DNA of 64,000 nucleotides, from contig CM060733.1 in NCBI GenBank assembly GCA_030704615.1, positions 51,212,001 through 51,276,000 on the forward strand, read 5' to 3'. Shown here one piece after another: positions 63,974 through 64,000 of this stretch; within the stretch, counting starts at the first letter, position 1, and every line of letters begins with the position of its first letter. The stretch is from Takakia lepidozioides (lineage: Eukaryota > Plantae > Bryophyta). Below the pieces are notes generated by a model. That model was not told the DNA's origin. It saw only the letters and a program-made list of their open reading frames with translations, and searched no databases. The translations under genes were made by a program, and so were the position numbers.

Positions 63974-64000
63974 CGTCCCTACCAGGGTTCGAACCCGGGG
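63974..64000 (-). tRNA. 3' half of a tRNA gene (or young tRNA-derived element) truncated by the window edge; isotype cannot be determined
   Basis: Minus strand: CCGGG-TTCGAAC-CCTGG (T arm), then TAGGGAC (3' acceptor strand) and G, followed ~22 nt later by a T6 Pol III terminator. Confidence 0.5.

Overview
Eukaryotic nuclear DNA from a land plant. An LRRC9-type ciliary gene suggests a lineage with flagellated sperm (bryophyte, lycophyte or fern grade); this is inference. Genes in order: the 3' part of a multi-exon LRRC9-like gene (+); an intronless katanin p60-like AAA ATPase of the KATNAL2/CCP1 type (-); tRNA-Cys(GCA) (+); a RINGLET/RLT homeobox-DDT gene (-); an intronless Dpy-30-motif gene inside an AT-rich, transposon-laden block (+); a PH-RCC1-FYVE-BRX (PRAF/RLD) gene (+); an N-myristoylated EF-hand/TLDc gene (-); a single-RRM NSR-type RNA-binding protein gene with a U12-type intron (-); a small orphan MGN-starting ORF (-); and a tRNA-like 3' half cut by the window edge. 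Mobile DNA: two families of 5'-truncated non-LTR retroelements, tRNA-derived SINEs, a hAT-like MITE, a non-autonomous CACTA element, a fold-back MITE and a CRE-like fragment. One retroelement family has a (CATTT)n tail. The other has no visible tail and its TSDs all start with its own terminal TCT. Exon coordinates were read by eye from GT-AG sites and reading-frame continuity. Family assignments come from recognised motifs, not database searches.
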